Positions 29,842-38,830 of a stretch of DNA of 64,000 bases are shown piece after piece (the first letter of the stretch is position 1; each line of letters opens with the position of its first letter). The notes beneath the pieces were generated by a model. That model did not search any database, was not told where the DNA came from, and was given only the letters and a program-made list of their open reading frames with translations. This stretch comes from Acidobacteriota bacterium (lineage in GTDB: Bacteria > Acidobacteriota > CAIWXX01), in assembly GCA_040755995.1 (NCBI GenBank), contig JBFMAF010000010.1, positions 1-64,000 on the forward strand, in the 5' to 3' direction. The position numbers and the translations under genes were made by a program.

Positions 29842-31896
29842 CTACCCGCCGCCGCGGGACAGACGGAAGCTGCCGCGCTTGCCGTCGGAGGTGGTGAAGG
29901 TGCCGGCGATAGAATCGCCCTGGAGCACCCCGGTGAGCCTTGCCATCTTGAACGGCTTGTTCGCCGGAAATGTCAGCTCGATTCGAGGCTGGCCGCCCAG
30001 GACCAGGCTGCCGTGAACGCCCGGGATCGCCGGCGGCGACCAACGGATCCCCTGCGGCCTCACTTCCTCCACTGTGGCACTCCCGCTCAGGGCCATGCCC
30101 TTCTGATTCAGACTCAATCGCAGCCTCGGCGTCACATCGGTGCGCTCCGGGTAGAAGACGTTTTCGAGATTGCCTGTCCACAGCCCTTCGATCACGCCGA
30201 AGCTGTTGGGGATGGCCCAGGACGCCTGCTGGAACTGCTCGCGATCCGCCGGCGTGAGCGCCTGAACGTCGTCAACGCCGGGGCACCCGTTGCCTCCGTT
30301 GGCAATGTTGCTGTCGTAGAGTTTCTTGAGAATCGCCTGGCGCCCGGACCCCGCCTGCGGCGCCTGCCCTTTCCCAAACAGGCCCAGCACGTCGTTCAGC
30401 ACGATCACAATCCAGTGTGGGACCAGGGCGGCGACACCGTTGTACTGCGTGCGGGCCTTGACCATGTTCAGCACCGACGGGCTCCATCGCGTGATCTCTA
30501 CAGGTCGAAAAGTCGAGCCCGTCCCGAAGAGCGCCTGCGAGGCGCCGGAGTCGCGGATCTCGAATCGCGCCGTCGGATCTGTGTGGGCTTTTTCGAAGAC
30601 GCTCTTCAATCCGTTGATTGCGTCGAGGACCGGGCGCGGCGGGCCGGCTCCGGCAGCCGCAGCGGCGCCTTCGACATACAACGCAGTGCCGAGAGCATAA
30701 CGGATCTCCCACAGCTGTTCTGCCACATACTCCGCGGCGAAATCCATCGGGAAACAGGGCAGGTCGCGCGGGCGGACCTTGAGCATGCGCGAAGGCGCCA
30801 CCCACTCGCCGATCGCAACCTCAAGAGGCGCGTCGACTACTCCGCTGCGCGTGAGCACCGGCACGCGTACCTGGATCGACCCGGGTCCGGCAGTGATCAC
30901 CTGAGCCGGCATCTGCCCGATCCTGACCTGCACGCGGCTCGGGTCGCCACCGAGCCCAGTCCCCTGCAGCTCGATGACCTGGCCGACCGCGACTTCGGCC
31001 GGAGCAGAACGGATCAACGGCACCGTCTCGTACTGGATCGCCTGCTGCCAGACGACGACTCCCTTGCGCTCCACCCGCAACATGAACGACTGGACTCCGA
31101 TCTCGCCTATGTCCAGGTCCGGCACCGTCAGCTCGATGAACCCGTCTCCCATCTTGTCGATCTTGGCCTGCCGCTCCCGTACCCAGACCTTGAGCGTTTC
31201 CGACGGTTCGATCTCGGGCCCTCGCAGCGCCATGTTCCAGCCTGATTGCACCTTCGGCGGCTCGATTCGAACCGACTGCCACGGCTTCTGAGTGGCCTCA
31301 AGGCCCAGGACGAACCACAACCCGACGATCACGGCCAGAACCAGCACGGCGGCTGGAATCCAGACCACCGGCTGCTTCACGATGCCGATAGCCTTCGCGA
31401 TGGGGGCGGGCAGTTTCGAGCCGGCCTCATCGGCCGGTGCCTGGGCTTCAGCCGGTTCCTGCGCCTCCCCGACCGATTCACCGGCGGCCTGCGCCGGGGC
31501 AGGCGGCTCCGGCTCGGGCGGCCGCGCCGGCTTGTCAGACTCGGCAAGAGCCTCTAAGAGCCTCGAGCTCGGGTCCTCAAAGCTCAACATGATCGGGTTC
31601 TCACTCGTGGTCTGCCCCAGACGTATCAGGTCTCCGTCTTTCAGACAGACCCGGTCCTGCACGCGCACCTCGTTGACGTACGAACCGTTCGCGGTGTTTT
31701 GATCTTCCAGGTAGACGCCGGAGGCGTCACAGAGAATACGGGCGTGGAAGCGCGAGACGGAAGGATGCGAGACGACCAGAGGGTTGCCGGTCTGCCGACC
31801 GACCTTCCAGTCTTCCCCGGGCTCGATCTCCCGGCTGCCCAGGGCCTTTCCGTCCTGGAGGACAGTGAACCGCGGCTTGAGGCTCTCGCGCGTCAT
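29842..31896 (-). CDS. FHA - Pro/Ala linker - TM - IPT/TIG-like bitopic membrane protein (candidate SctD substitute)
   Basis: GRQ...SVSRFHA...ANGSYVN FHA; TM VVWIPAAVLVLAVIVGLWFVL; GQVIELQGTGL...VRIG...IQVRVP IPT-like. Confidence 0.8.
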   Translation of the reverse strand: MTRESLKPRFTVLQDGKALGSREIEPGEDWKVGRQTGNPLVVSHPSVSRFHARILCDASGVYLEDQNTANGSYVNEVRVQDRVCLKDGDLIRLGQTTSENPIMLSFEDPSSRLLEALAESDKPARPPEPEPPAPAQAAGESVGEAQEPAEAQAPADEAGSKLPAPIAKAIGIVKQPVVWIPAAVLVLAVIVGLWFVLGLEATQKPWQSVRIEPPKVQSGWNMALRGPEIEPSETLKVWVRERQAKIDKMGDGFIELTVPDLDIGEIGVQSFMLRVERKGVVVWQQAIQYETVPLIRSAPAEVAVGQVIELQGTGLGGDPSRVQVRIGQMPAQVITAGPGSIQVRVPVLTRSGVVDAPLEVAIGEWVAPSRMLKVRPRDLPCFPMDFAAEYVAEQLWEIRYALGTALYVEGAAAAAGAGPPRPVLDAINGLKSVFEKAHTDPTARFEIRDSGASQALFGTGSTFRPVEITRWSPSVLNMVKARTQYNGVAALVPHWIVIVLNDVLGLFGKGQAPQAGSGRQAILKKLYDSNIANGGNGCPGVDDVQALTPADREQFQQASWAIPNSFGVIEGLWTGNLENVFYPERTDVTPRLRLSLNQKGMALSGSATVEEVRPQGIRWSPPAIPGVHGSLVLGGQPRIELTFPANKPFKMARLTGVLQGDSIAGTFTTSDGKRGSFRLSRGGG

Positions 31897-32591
31897 GACA
31901 GAAGTACAATGACGAGGACCAGGATCCCGCCGAACAGCGTCGCGAGTCCGATGGCCTGAAACAGGACAGACCAGATCTGGTAGGAATCAATCGCGGGGAC
32001 CGTCTTGCCCGCCGGAGAGCTCGCGCGCACCTGCATGCCTGCGCGGAAGGCGGGTGGTGGAGCCACCGGGGCGCTTGCCCCGCTCGTGCTCACGCGGTGA
32101 TCGTCCACCTGCATGCTCGACGCGTTGTAGACGCCTGTCTGTATCTCCCACATCGTCGCCGGCTCGTTGGAGACGGGCTGTGCTGCACGGGCCGGGGGCG
32201 GTGCCGCCCGGGGCTCGGTCCGAGGGCTGGCCAGCTCCGCCGGTGCCTCTTCGATGATAGTCGGGGCCGCCGCCTCGATCACATCGGCTTCTTCCACCCA
32301 CTGCGCGCGCATCTCGATCGTGCCGATCTGAATCACATCGCCGCCCGTGAGCGCGTGCGGGACCCGCGGCGGCGCCTGTTGCCCGTTCACCAGGATGCCG
32401 TTGGTGCTCCCGAGGTCCTCCACAAACATCCGCGTTCCCTGGCGCAGGAACCGGCAGTGCCTGGATGAGACGAAATGAAACGGGAGCACCACGTCGTTCT
32501 GCTCCAGCCGCCCGATCGCGGCAATTTCCTTGGCGATCGTCACCGTCTGACGCTCGCCACCCGGCTTGCGTATCTCGATCTGAATCGACAC
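31893..32591 (-). CDS. FHA-domain protein with C-terminal membrane anchor
   Basis: IGR...VSSRHC...DLGSTNG...GDVIQIG; hydrophobic C-terminus. Confidence 0.88.
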   Translation of the reverse strand: MSIQIEIRKPGGERQTVTIAKEIAAIGRLEQNDVVLPFHFVSSRHCRFLRQGTRMFVEDLGSTNGILVNGQQAPPRVPHALTGGDVIQIGTIEMRAQWVEEADVIEAAAPTIIEEAPAELASPRTEPRAAPPPARAAQPVSNEPATMWEIQTGVYNASSMQVDDHRVSTSGASAPVAPPPAFRAGMQVRASSPAGKTVPAIDSYQIWSVLFQAIGLATLFGGILVLVIVLLS

Positions 32592-32602
32592 CGCCTATCC
32601 CC

Positions 32603-32628
32603 CTTCACATTTCATACTTCAAACTTCA
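32603..32628 (+). repeat. 7-mer tract (CTTCATA-like) x~4
   Basis: cttcaca tttcata cttcaaa cttca; reverse complement of the tract at 41829-41862. Confidence 0.8.
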
Positions 32629-34797
32629 GGCTCTACCGAATCCCGGCAGCGCGCCCGCCGTCGGCAGCAGAATTCGTCCGATTGGCTGGATGCGCAAGTC
32701 AGCCGGGAGCTCCTGGAACGAGAGGACCACCACGTTCGGGAACTCGAAGCTGATGAGGCGCTTGGTGAAGTAACGCACCTCCATCTGCGTCAGAACGACC
32801 GGCCGGATGGTGGTCATGTCGATCCTACCGAAGGCATTGCGAAAAGCCTGCAGGACCTGCTGGCTGACTTGCGGGTCGAGCGAGAGGTTGCTCCCCGCGG
32901 CCGATTGGCGGATTCCGGCCTGGATGGGCTGCTCGACAGCGGGATCCAGCAGGTAGACCGGCAACGTCGGGGCTCCATTGCTGAACTTATACGCGATGTA
33001 GCGTTTCAGGTTCATCCGGACGTACTCGGTGAGATACACCGGATCGTTCTCGTACGGAGCCCAATCAGCGAGCGCCTCGAGGACGGCCTTCATGTTCTTG
33101 ATGGTGATCTCCTCGCGGAGCAGGCGTCGCAGTATGTCGGTGAGCCGCTGGATGCTCAGCAGCTTGGGGACCACGTTCTTCACGAGTGCCGCGTAGCCCT
33201 GCTGTTCCATCGAATCGAGGATGTTCTGAACCTCCTGGATTCCCAGCAGCTCATCGGCATGGCGCTTGATGACCTGCGACAGGTGGACTGCGATGTACTC
33301 GTCAGGAGGCAGAGTGCGACCTCCGACACCCTGCGCCTGCTGTGCCTGCGCATCCGGAATCCAGATGCCCATCTTGCCCGTGATAGGGTGCGCGCCTTGC
33401 GGGCCGTCTATCCCGGCCATACGAACTTCTGTCAGCCCCTCCCCGACAAACACGCTGTCGGGATACGCAGTCCCCAGCGTCACAGGTACTTCGTTGATGT
33501 AGACGGCGTACTGGTTGTCGGGGATGTGCGCGGCGTCGCCGCGGATGCGTACCCCGGGAAATACGACGCCCATGTCGTGGAACAACCAGAGTCGCATCTG
33601 TGGCAGCAGCTCGCTGACGAAACGCTCTCCGCGAGCTTCGACGTCGAGATACGGGGTGACATTCACGCTGGTCTCCAGTATGACCGGCACCGTGACCGGC
33701 AATTGCATCTCGGTCGCCTGCTGCTTCTGCGCATCCCCCTGCTTCTCCATCATCTTGTTCTTGATGGCCTCCTTGTCCTTCGTCTTCTTGGTCTTCTGGA
33801 GGCTCCATGATGTAACCCCTGCGGCCACGGCGAGGAGAAGGAACGGGATGGTGGGCATGCCCGGGATCAGCGCCATGCCTCCCATCATGCCGGCCGCGAT
33901 CCCGATTGCTGTCGGCTGCGAGAGCAGTTGGACTCCGATATCCTGGCCCAACGTCCGTGGCTCCTCGCTCCCGGCCACGCGCGTCGTCAACACCGCCGAT
34001 GTGACCGTGATGATGAGAGATGGGATCTGCGCCACCAGACCCTCGCCGATGGTCAAGAGCGTGTACTTCTTCAGCGCCACCGCAAACGGGTACTTCTTGA
34101 TCACGATCCCGATGATCAGACCGGCGATGATGTTGATGGCCGAGATGATGATCCCGGCGATCGCGTCGCCCTTCACGAACTTCATGGCGCCGTCCATGGC
34201 GCCGTGGAAAGTAGATTCCTTTTCCAACAGCTTCCGCTTCGCGCGCGCCTGGTCGGCGTCCAACAGCCCGGCGCGCAGGTCCGCGTCGATGCTCATCTGC
34301 TTGCCCGGCATCGCGTCCAACGTGAACCGTGCCGAGACCTCCGACACGCGCTCGGCGCCCTTCGCGATCACGATCAGCTGCAGGAGCGTGATGATCAGGA
34401 AGATCACGAAGCCGACGATCAGGTTCCCCTTGACGACGAAGCTCCCGAACGCGTGGATGACCTCGCCGGCATCTGCGTACAACAGGATCAAGCGCGTCGC
34501 CGACACCTCCAGAGAGAGCCGGAACAGCGTCGAGACCAGAAGGATCGTGGGAAACGACGCCAGGGCCAGCGCCTCGGGGATGTACAGCGAGATCATGAGA
34601 AGCCCGATGGCCATCGCCATGTTGGCCGAAAGGAAGATGTCCATCAGGAAGGTAGGTATCGGGATGATCATGATCCCGATAATCGCAATGACCAGAAGCG
34701 CGAGCAGGATGTCGCTGTACCGTCCCAAGACGACGTTCAGCTCCCCCCTCCGCAGGTTGGCCCAGAGCTCCATCAACTGTTGCTTGATACCTTCCAT
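32626..34797 (-). CDS. sctV: T3SS export gate SctV (FlhA/LcrD family)
   Basis: FPTILL...GAERVSEVSARFTLDAMPGKQMSIDADL...GAMDGAMKFVKGDAIAG. Confidence 0.95.
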   Translation of the reverse strand: MEGIKQQLMELWANLRRGELNVVLGRYSDILLALLVIAIIGIMIIPIPTFLMDIFLSANMAMAIGLLMISLYIPEALALASFPTILLVSTLFRLSLEVSATRLILLYADAGEVIHAFGSFVVKGNLIVGFVIFLIITLLQLIVIAKGAERVSEVSARFTLDAMPGKQMSIDADLRAGLLDADQARAKRKLLEKESTFHGAMDGAMKFVKGDAIAGIIISAINIIAGLIIGIVIKKYPFAVALKKYTLLTIGEGLVAQIPSLIITVTSAVLTTRVAGSEEPRTLGQDIGVQLLSQPTAIGIAAGMMGGMALIPGMPTIPFLLLAVAAGVTSWSLQKTKKTKDKEAIKNKMMEKQGDAQKQQATEMQLPVTVPVILETSVNVTPYLDVEARGERFVSELLPQMRLWLFHDMGVVFPGVRIRGDAAHIPDNQYAVYINEVPVTLGTAYPDSVFVGEGLTEVRMAGIDGPQGAHPITGKMGIWIPDAQAQQAQGVGGRTLPPDEYIAVHLSQVIKRHADELLGIQEVQNILDSMEQQGYAALVKNVVPKLLSIQRLTDILRRLLREEITIKNMKAVLEALADWAPYENDPVYLTEYVRMNLKRYIAYKFSNGAPTLPVYLLDPAVEQPIQAGIRQSAAGSNLSLDPQVSQQVLQAFRNAFGRIDMTTIRPVVLTQMEVRYFTKRLISFEFPNVVVLSFQELPADLRIQPIGRILLPTAGALPGFGRA

Positions 34798-34808
34798 TTC
34801 AGTCTCCT

Positions 34809-34838
34809 AGACGGAAGACGGCGGACGGTAGACGGAAG
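34809..34838 (+). repeat. 7-mer tract (AGACGGA) x4
   Basis: agacgga agacggc ggacggt agacgga; reverse complement of 40275-40313. Confidence 0.8.
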
Positions 34839-34885
34839 AGGCACTGCCACCGTGTCTCTGCGTCTCCCCGTCTCCGCGATGTCCT

Positions 34886-34944
34886 CTCCCCGGTTCTCCG
34901 TTTCTCCGTTTCCCCGATTCTCCGGTTCTCCGATTCTCCGATTC
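34886..34944 (+). repeat. 8-mer tract (TTCTCCGN) x~7, preceded by related CGTCTCC units at 34851-34878
   Basis: ttctccgt ttctccgt ttccccga ttctccgg ttctccga ttctccga. Confidence 0.9.
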
Positions 34945-35012
34945 GGCTCTTTGCATGAACGATGCTACCCTGTGACCGCTCACTCTCCTGGCCGCAACAG
35001 CCATGCTGATCA

Positions 35013-36086
35013 TCACACGCCTCCGGGCACTCGCTGCGCCTCTTGGCGGAGCCGATAGGCGAACAGCAGGATCTCGGCCACCGCCTCGTACATGTCGCGC
35101 GGGATGTAACGTCCCATCTCGACCGTGAAGAGCGAGTGCGCCAGCTGGATGTCGCGGATGATGGGCACGTCGTGTTTCTTGGCGAGCTGGACGATGGTGG
35201 CGGCAAGCGTCCCGCCGCCCTTGGCGGTGACTTTGGGAGCGCCCATGGTGGCGCGATCGTATCGGACGGCGACGGCGAGATGAGTAGGGTTGGTGACCAC
35301 CGCGTCAGCCTTCGGAACTTCCTGCTGGATGTTCTGGAAGATCATGGCCTGCCCCAGCGCCTTCCGCTGTGCCTTGATCATCGGGTCGCCTTCGCTCTCC
35401 TTGTATTCCTGCTTGACCTCGTCTTTGCTCATCATGAGCTGCTTCTTCCACTGGTGCTTTTGCCAAAAGTAGTCGAAGCCGGCTACCGCCAGGAACAGGC
35501 CGCCGACCTGGAAGGTGAACGATCGCGCGATCTGAAAGCCGATTCGGTAGAACGCTCCCATGTCAGTCCAGTGCAGCCGCACGATCGTCTCCATGGCGTT
35601 CGCCAGCGCCTTGTAGCCTAGGTATAGCACCAGCACGACTTTGATCAGGGTTTTCAGGAATTCGACGATGCCCTTCCCGGAAAAAATCCTCTTCACGCCT
35701 TCGATCGGGTTGAGCTTCTTCAGCGACGGTTTCATCGGCTCGAACGTCAGGTTGAACCCTGCCTGCGCGGCGGCCAGCGCCAGGCCGGTTACGGCAATTC
35801 CTCCGATGATCGGCACGAAGCAGACGACGATCGCCATGAAAGCCTCTTGCAGCGGCAGCACCCAGATTGTCGCCGCGCTGGCGCCGTCGATGCGCACACC
35901 GGCCTGAATGGCGGTGTAATACAGGTTCCCGAATCGATCTCCGATGCGCGGCGCCCAGATCATGATAAGGGCCATGCCGGCGAGGAAGGTGAAGACGGCG
36001 GGGACCTCCTTGCTGAAGGCGATCTGCCCCTTCTTCTTGGCATCCGCCAGTTTCTTCGGAGTCGGTTGTTCGGTCTTCTCAGCCAT
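35013..36086 (-). CDS. sctU: T3SS switch protein SctU (FlhB family)
   Basis: EKTEQPTPKKL..AKKKGQ, KQEYKESEGDP, autocleavage motif NPTH. Confidence 0.95.
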   Translation of the reverse strand: MAEKTEQPTPKKLADAKKKGQIAFSKEVPAVFTFLAGMALIMIWAPRIGDRFGNLYYTAIQAGVRIDGASAATIWVLPLQEAFMAIVVCFVPIIGGIAVTGLALAAAQAGFNLTFEPMKPSLKKLNPIEGVKRIFSGKGIVEFLKTLIKVVLVLYLGYKALANAMETIVRLHWTDMGAFYRIGFQIARSFTFQVGGLFLAVAGFDYFWQKHQWKKQLMMSKDEVKQEYKESEGDPMIKAQRKALGQAMIFQNIQQEVPKADAVVTNPTHLAVAVRYDRATMGAPKVTAKGGGTLAATIVQLAKKHDVPIIRDIQLAHSLFTVEMGRYIPRDMYEAVAEILLFAYRLRQEAQRVPGGV

Positions 36087-36092
36087 GATGAT

Positions 36093-36127
36093 TCGGTGCT
36101 ATGCGCTCGGTTCGTGGTGCTCGGTGC
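36093..36127 (+). repeat. degenerate 7-mer tract (TCGGTGC) x5 filling the sctT-sctU spacer
   Basis: tcggtgc tatgcgc tcggttc gtggtgc tcggtgc. Confidence 0.7.
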
Positions 36128-36979
36128 TCATGGCACGGCTTCGCGAAGCCATTCGTTCATCCATACGTGGAACTGGCGCCAGAGGTCGGGCGTGATCTGC
36201 AGCATGGCGTAGATCGAGAGCGCCACGACCAGCAGCCCGACTATGGGCTTGAGCGCCATGCCCATGAAGAAAACGTCCATTTGCGGGGCCATGCGGTTGG
36301 CCACGCCCAGGATGACATCGGCGAGGATCAGCACGAGAATGGCGGGCGCGACGACTTTCAACATGATGCCGAACATGGAGCCGGTCATACGGATGAATGC
36401 ATCGTTGAGCACGGCGGTCTTGGGAAACAGACCGATGGGCGGGAACAGCTGGTAGCTGTCGATCACGGCCGAGAGGAACCAGAGGTGGCCGCCCACCAGG
36501 ACGTACAGAACCACGAACAGCTGAAAGTAGAAGTCGCCCAGGAGAGAGGTCTGGATCTGGAGCTGCGGCACCAACAGATTGGCCATCGTGGTGCCCCGAA
36601 CGCTGTCGAGGAACTGGCCGCCCATGTTGGCTGCAAAGAAGACGAGGCTCGAGCCGAAGCCGATGAGGAGGCCGATCGTGATCTCGTGGAATGCCGCGAT
36701 CCACCAGCCGATCGCGTTGAGGCCTAGCGGCACCGCGAGCTGATGGCTCAACCACGGTGTCGTGAACCACGCCATGACCATGGCGAGGCCCATCTTCACA
36801 GGGCCAGGCACGAGCTTCCCGCCGAGGAACGGGCAGAACTGCACGATGGCGGTCCAACGGATCAGCGCGAGGAACAGCAACACGGCCGTGTCAAGCGCCC
36901 CATGCCGGACACCCCACAGCGGCGCAAATGTCCGAAAAGCGCCGTCCAATGAGCCTGAATCCGGCAGCCAACTTGACAT
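36128..36979 (-). CDS. sctT: T3SS export apparatus SctT (FliR family)
   Basis: EITIGLLIG...GQFLD...GGHL...SY...AP...LGVANRMAPQMDVF. Confidence 0.93.
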   Translation of the reverse strand: MSSWLPDSGSLDGAFRTFAPLWGVRHGALDTAVLLFLALIRWTAIVQFCPFLGGKLVPGPVKMGLAMVMAWFTTPWLSHQLAVPLGLNAIGWWIAAFHEITIGLLIGFGSSLVFFAANMGGQFLDSVRGTTMANLLVPQLQIQTSLLGDFYFQLFVVLYVLVGGHLWFLSAVIDSYQLFPPIGLFPKTAVLNDAFIRMTGSMFGIMLKVVAPAILVLILADVILGVANRMAPQMDVFFMGMALKPIVGLLVVALSIYAMLQITPDLWRQFHVWMNEWLREAVP

Positions 36980-37003
36980 ACTAGCCTGCCCTGCAAGCCA
37001 AGG

Positions 37004-37075
37004 CGGGGAATCGGAGAGACGGAGAGTCGGTGAATCGGGGAATCGGAGAAACGGAGAAACGGAGAATCGGGGAAC
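37004..37075 (+). repeat. 8-mer tract (CGGAGAAW) x9
   Basis: cggggaat cggagaga cggagagt cggtgaat cggggaat cggagaaa cggagaaa cggagaat cggggaac; reverse complement of 34886-34944 and 41255-41310. Confidence 0.92.
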
Positions 37076-37109
37076 CGCGTCCGTTGATCATGAAGTAATG
37101 CATCACCGG

Positions 37110-37376
37110 CTATCTGATCCAATGCGGGAATTCGGAGAAGATGACATAGGCCAGGCGAGATACGTGGCCGGCCATCCAGTAGCCCATCAGGTACAGCACG
37201 CCGAACACTGCGATCATTTTCGCAGCCATGCCGAGAGTCTGTTCCTGGATCTGTGTCAGCGCCTGGAAGATGGACAGGAGGAGACCCACGACGAGGGCCG
37301 CGAGGACAGCTGGAGCCGAGACGAGCACGGTCAGGATCAGCGCCTCGCGCGATACGTTAATGAATATGTTCTCCAT
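37110..37376 (-). CDS. sctS: T3SS export apparatus SctS (FliQ family)
   Basis: VGLLLSIFQALTQIQEQTL; 88 aa. Confidence 0.95.
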   Translation of the reverse strand: MENIFINVSREALILTVLVSAPAVLAALVVGLLLSIFQALTQIQEQTLGMAAKMIAVFGVLYLMGYWMAGHVSRLAYVIFSEFPHWIR

Positions 37377-37403
37377 AGTGCATCCTCGTTGCAAGTCGAG
37401 GGA

Positions 37404-38087
37404 TCACATGTAGCCCTGGATGAGCCCGCGTACGAGCAGGTCCCAACCATCTATCATGATGAACAGCAGGATCTTGAACGGCATCGAGACGGTTACGGGC
37501 GAGAGCATGTGCATGCCCATGGCCAGCAGGATGTTCGAGACAACCATGTCGATCACCAGGAACGGCAGGAAGATGAGGAATCCGATCATGAACGCCTCGG
37601 TCAGCTCGCTCACCGTGAACGCCGGTATCAGTACGAGCATGTCGTCGTCCTTCATCTCGGTCTTCCAGGATTCCGGGCCCATGCGAATCGCCATCTGGTA
37701 AAAGAGGCCTCGTTCCTTCGGGTGCGCGTGCTTGGACAGGAAAGCCCGCATCGGCTCGCGCGCCTTCTCCACCACGTCCAGTATCATTTTGGCCCCGCCC
37801 GGCGACACGATGTCCTGGCCCGATTGCTGCGTGAGCGTCGGCTGCAGCGTGTCGTAGACCTGCGAGCCGATCGGCGCCATCACGTAGATGGTCATGATCA
37901 CGGCGAGCCCCATGAGCACCGGCGTCGGCGGGACCTGCTGCGTACCCAGCGCGGTGCGGAGAATGGAGAGGACCACCGAGAACTTCACGAAAGACGTGGT
38001 CATCATCAGCAGGAATGGGGCCATGGAGAGCATGCTGACCATGATCAGCGTCGTTACGGGGTTGGCGGACCATGATCCGATGTTCAT
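37404..38087 (-). CDS. sctR: T3SS export apparatus SctR (FliP family)
   Basis: TSFVKFSVVLSILRTALGTQQVPP; IPAFTVSEL; PFLVIDMVV; PFKILLFIMIDGW; no FliP-type cleaved signal peptide evident. Confidence 0.96.
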   Translation of the reverse strand: MNIGSWSANPVTTLIMVSMLSMAPFLLMMTTSFVKFSVVLSILRTALGTQQVPPTPVLMGLAVIMTIYVMAPIGSQVYDTLQPTLTQQSGQDIVSPGGAKMILDVVEKAREPMRAFLSKHAHPKERGLFYQMAIRMGPESWKTEMKDDDMLVLIPAFTVSELTEAFMIGFLIFLPFLVIDMVVSNILLAMGMHMLSPVTVSMPFKILLFIMIDGWDLLVRGLIQGYM

Positions 38088-38422
38088 GCCTTGTCTGCTC
38101 CTTGATTTGATGCCCGACCCACCTCCTCGAGCGTGTGTTCGAACGAAGCGGAGCCCGGATCAGCTCGGGTGTGGAGCACCTGCACTCGATCCGGTGAGGT
38201 GGCGATGAGGAGGTGCGTGCGGTCCCAACGTACAACGTATAGCCGGTGGTTGCGATCCAACGGCAGGAACTCGTCGACCTGCAGGGTGCGAGGGCGCGAG
38301 GCCGCGCGATAGCGCATGAGCCATGGCAGGCCGAATCGAAGGGTGATGAAGGCGATGACGATGACAACGAGCAACGCGGCGAATCCGCGCAGCAGCAACC
38401 AGGCTTCCTGCGATGCATCCAT
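38084..38422 (-). CDS. FliO-like export-gate assembly factor
   Basis: single N-terminal TM then LQVDEFLPLDRNHRLYVV...LLIA; overlaps sctR start. Confidence 0.75.
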   Translation of the reverse strand: MDASQEAWLLLRGFAALLVVIVIAFITLRFGLPWLMRYRAASRPRTLQVDEFLPLDRNHRLYVVRWDRTHLLIATSPDRVQVLHTRADPGSASFEHTLEEVGRASNQGADKA

Positions 38423-38433
38423 GTCAGATCCCG

Positions 38434-38498
38434 GCGAGGCGCGGCCTCGCCTCGCGTAGAGAGCAGAGAGTGGAGAGTGGAGAGTGGAGAGTAGAGTG
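38434..38498 (+). repeat. GC-rich motif + (TGGAGAG) x6 tract
   Basis: gcgaggcgcggcctcgcctcgcg tagagag cagagag tggagag tggagag tggagag tagagtg. Confidence 0.88.
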
Positions 38499-38533
38499 TC
38501 GCAGCGCCGCAGCTTGAGATACTGTGCACCTTA

Positions 38534-38830
38534 TCATGTGGACGCGCTCTCCTTGAACTGCGTCAAGATCCGCAGGATCTCGACGCCGAGCTTCTCGTGC
38601 ACGAGGACCACTCGCCCTTCGGCCAACACCCGCCGCTGCAGTCCGGTCTCTGCAACCAGCTTCACCAGGTCGTCGGCGCCGCGCTGCAAGGTGAGCACCT
38701 GGCCGACCTGCCACTTCTTCAGGTCGCCGAGGGTGACGGGAACGCGGTCCAATTCGATGGCGATCTGCAGTTCGAGGTCCTGGACTGGAACGGACTCAAG
38801 TTCGCCGGTCGGAGCATCTTTCTCAGCCAT
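38534..38830 (-). CDS. internally initiated SctQ-C (FliN-like, 98 aa)
   Basis: GGAGGTGA Shine-Dalgarno (38838-38845) 7 nt before the in-frame ATG of MAEKDAP..., exactly ahead of the SpoA domain. Confidence 0.75.
   Translation of the reverse strand: MAEKDAPTGELESVPVQDLELQIAIELDRVPVTLGDLKKWQVGQVLTLQRGADDLVKLVAETGLQRRVLAEGRVVLVHEKLGVEILRILTQFKESAST

Noticed and set aside
29518..31245. 575-aa plus-strand ORF (and similar long antisense ORFs such as 1751-2686, 23826-25145, 46601-48112)
   Set aside because: shadow frames of well-supported genes in GC-rich DNA
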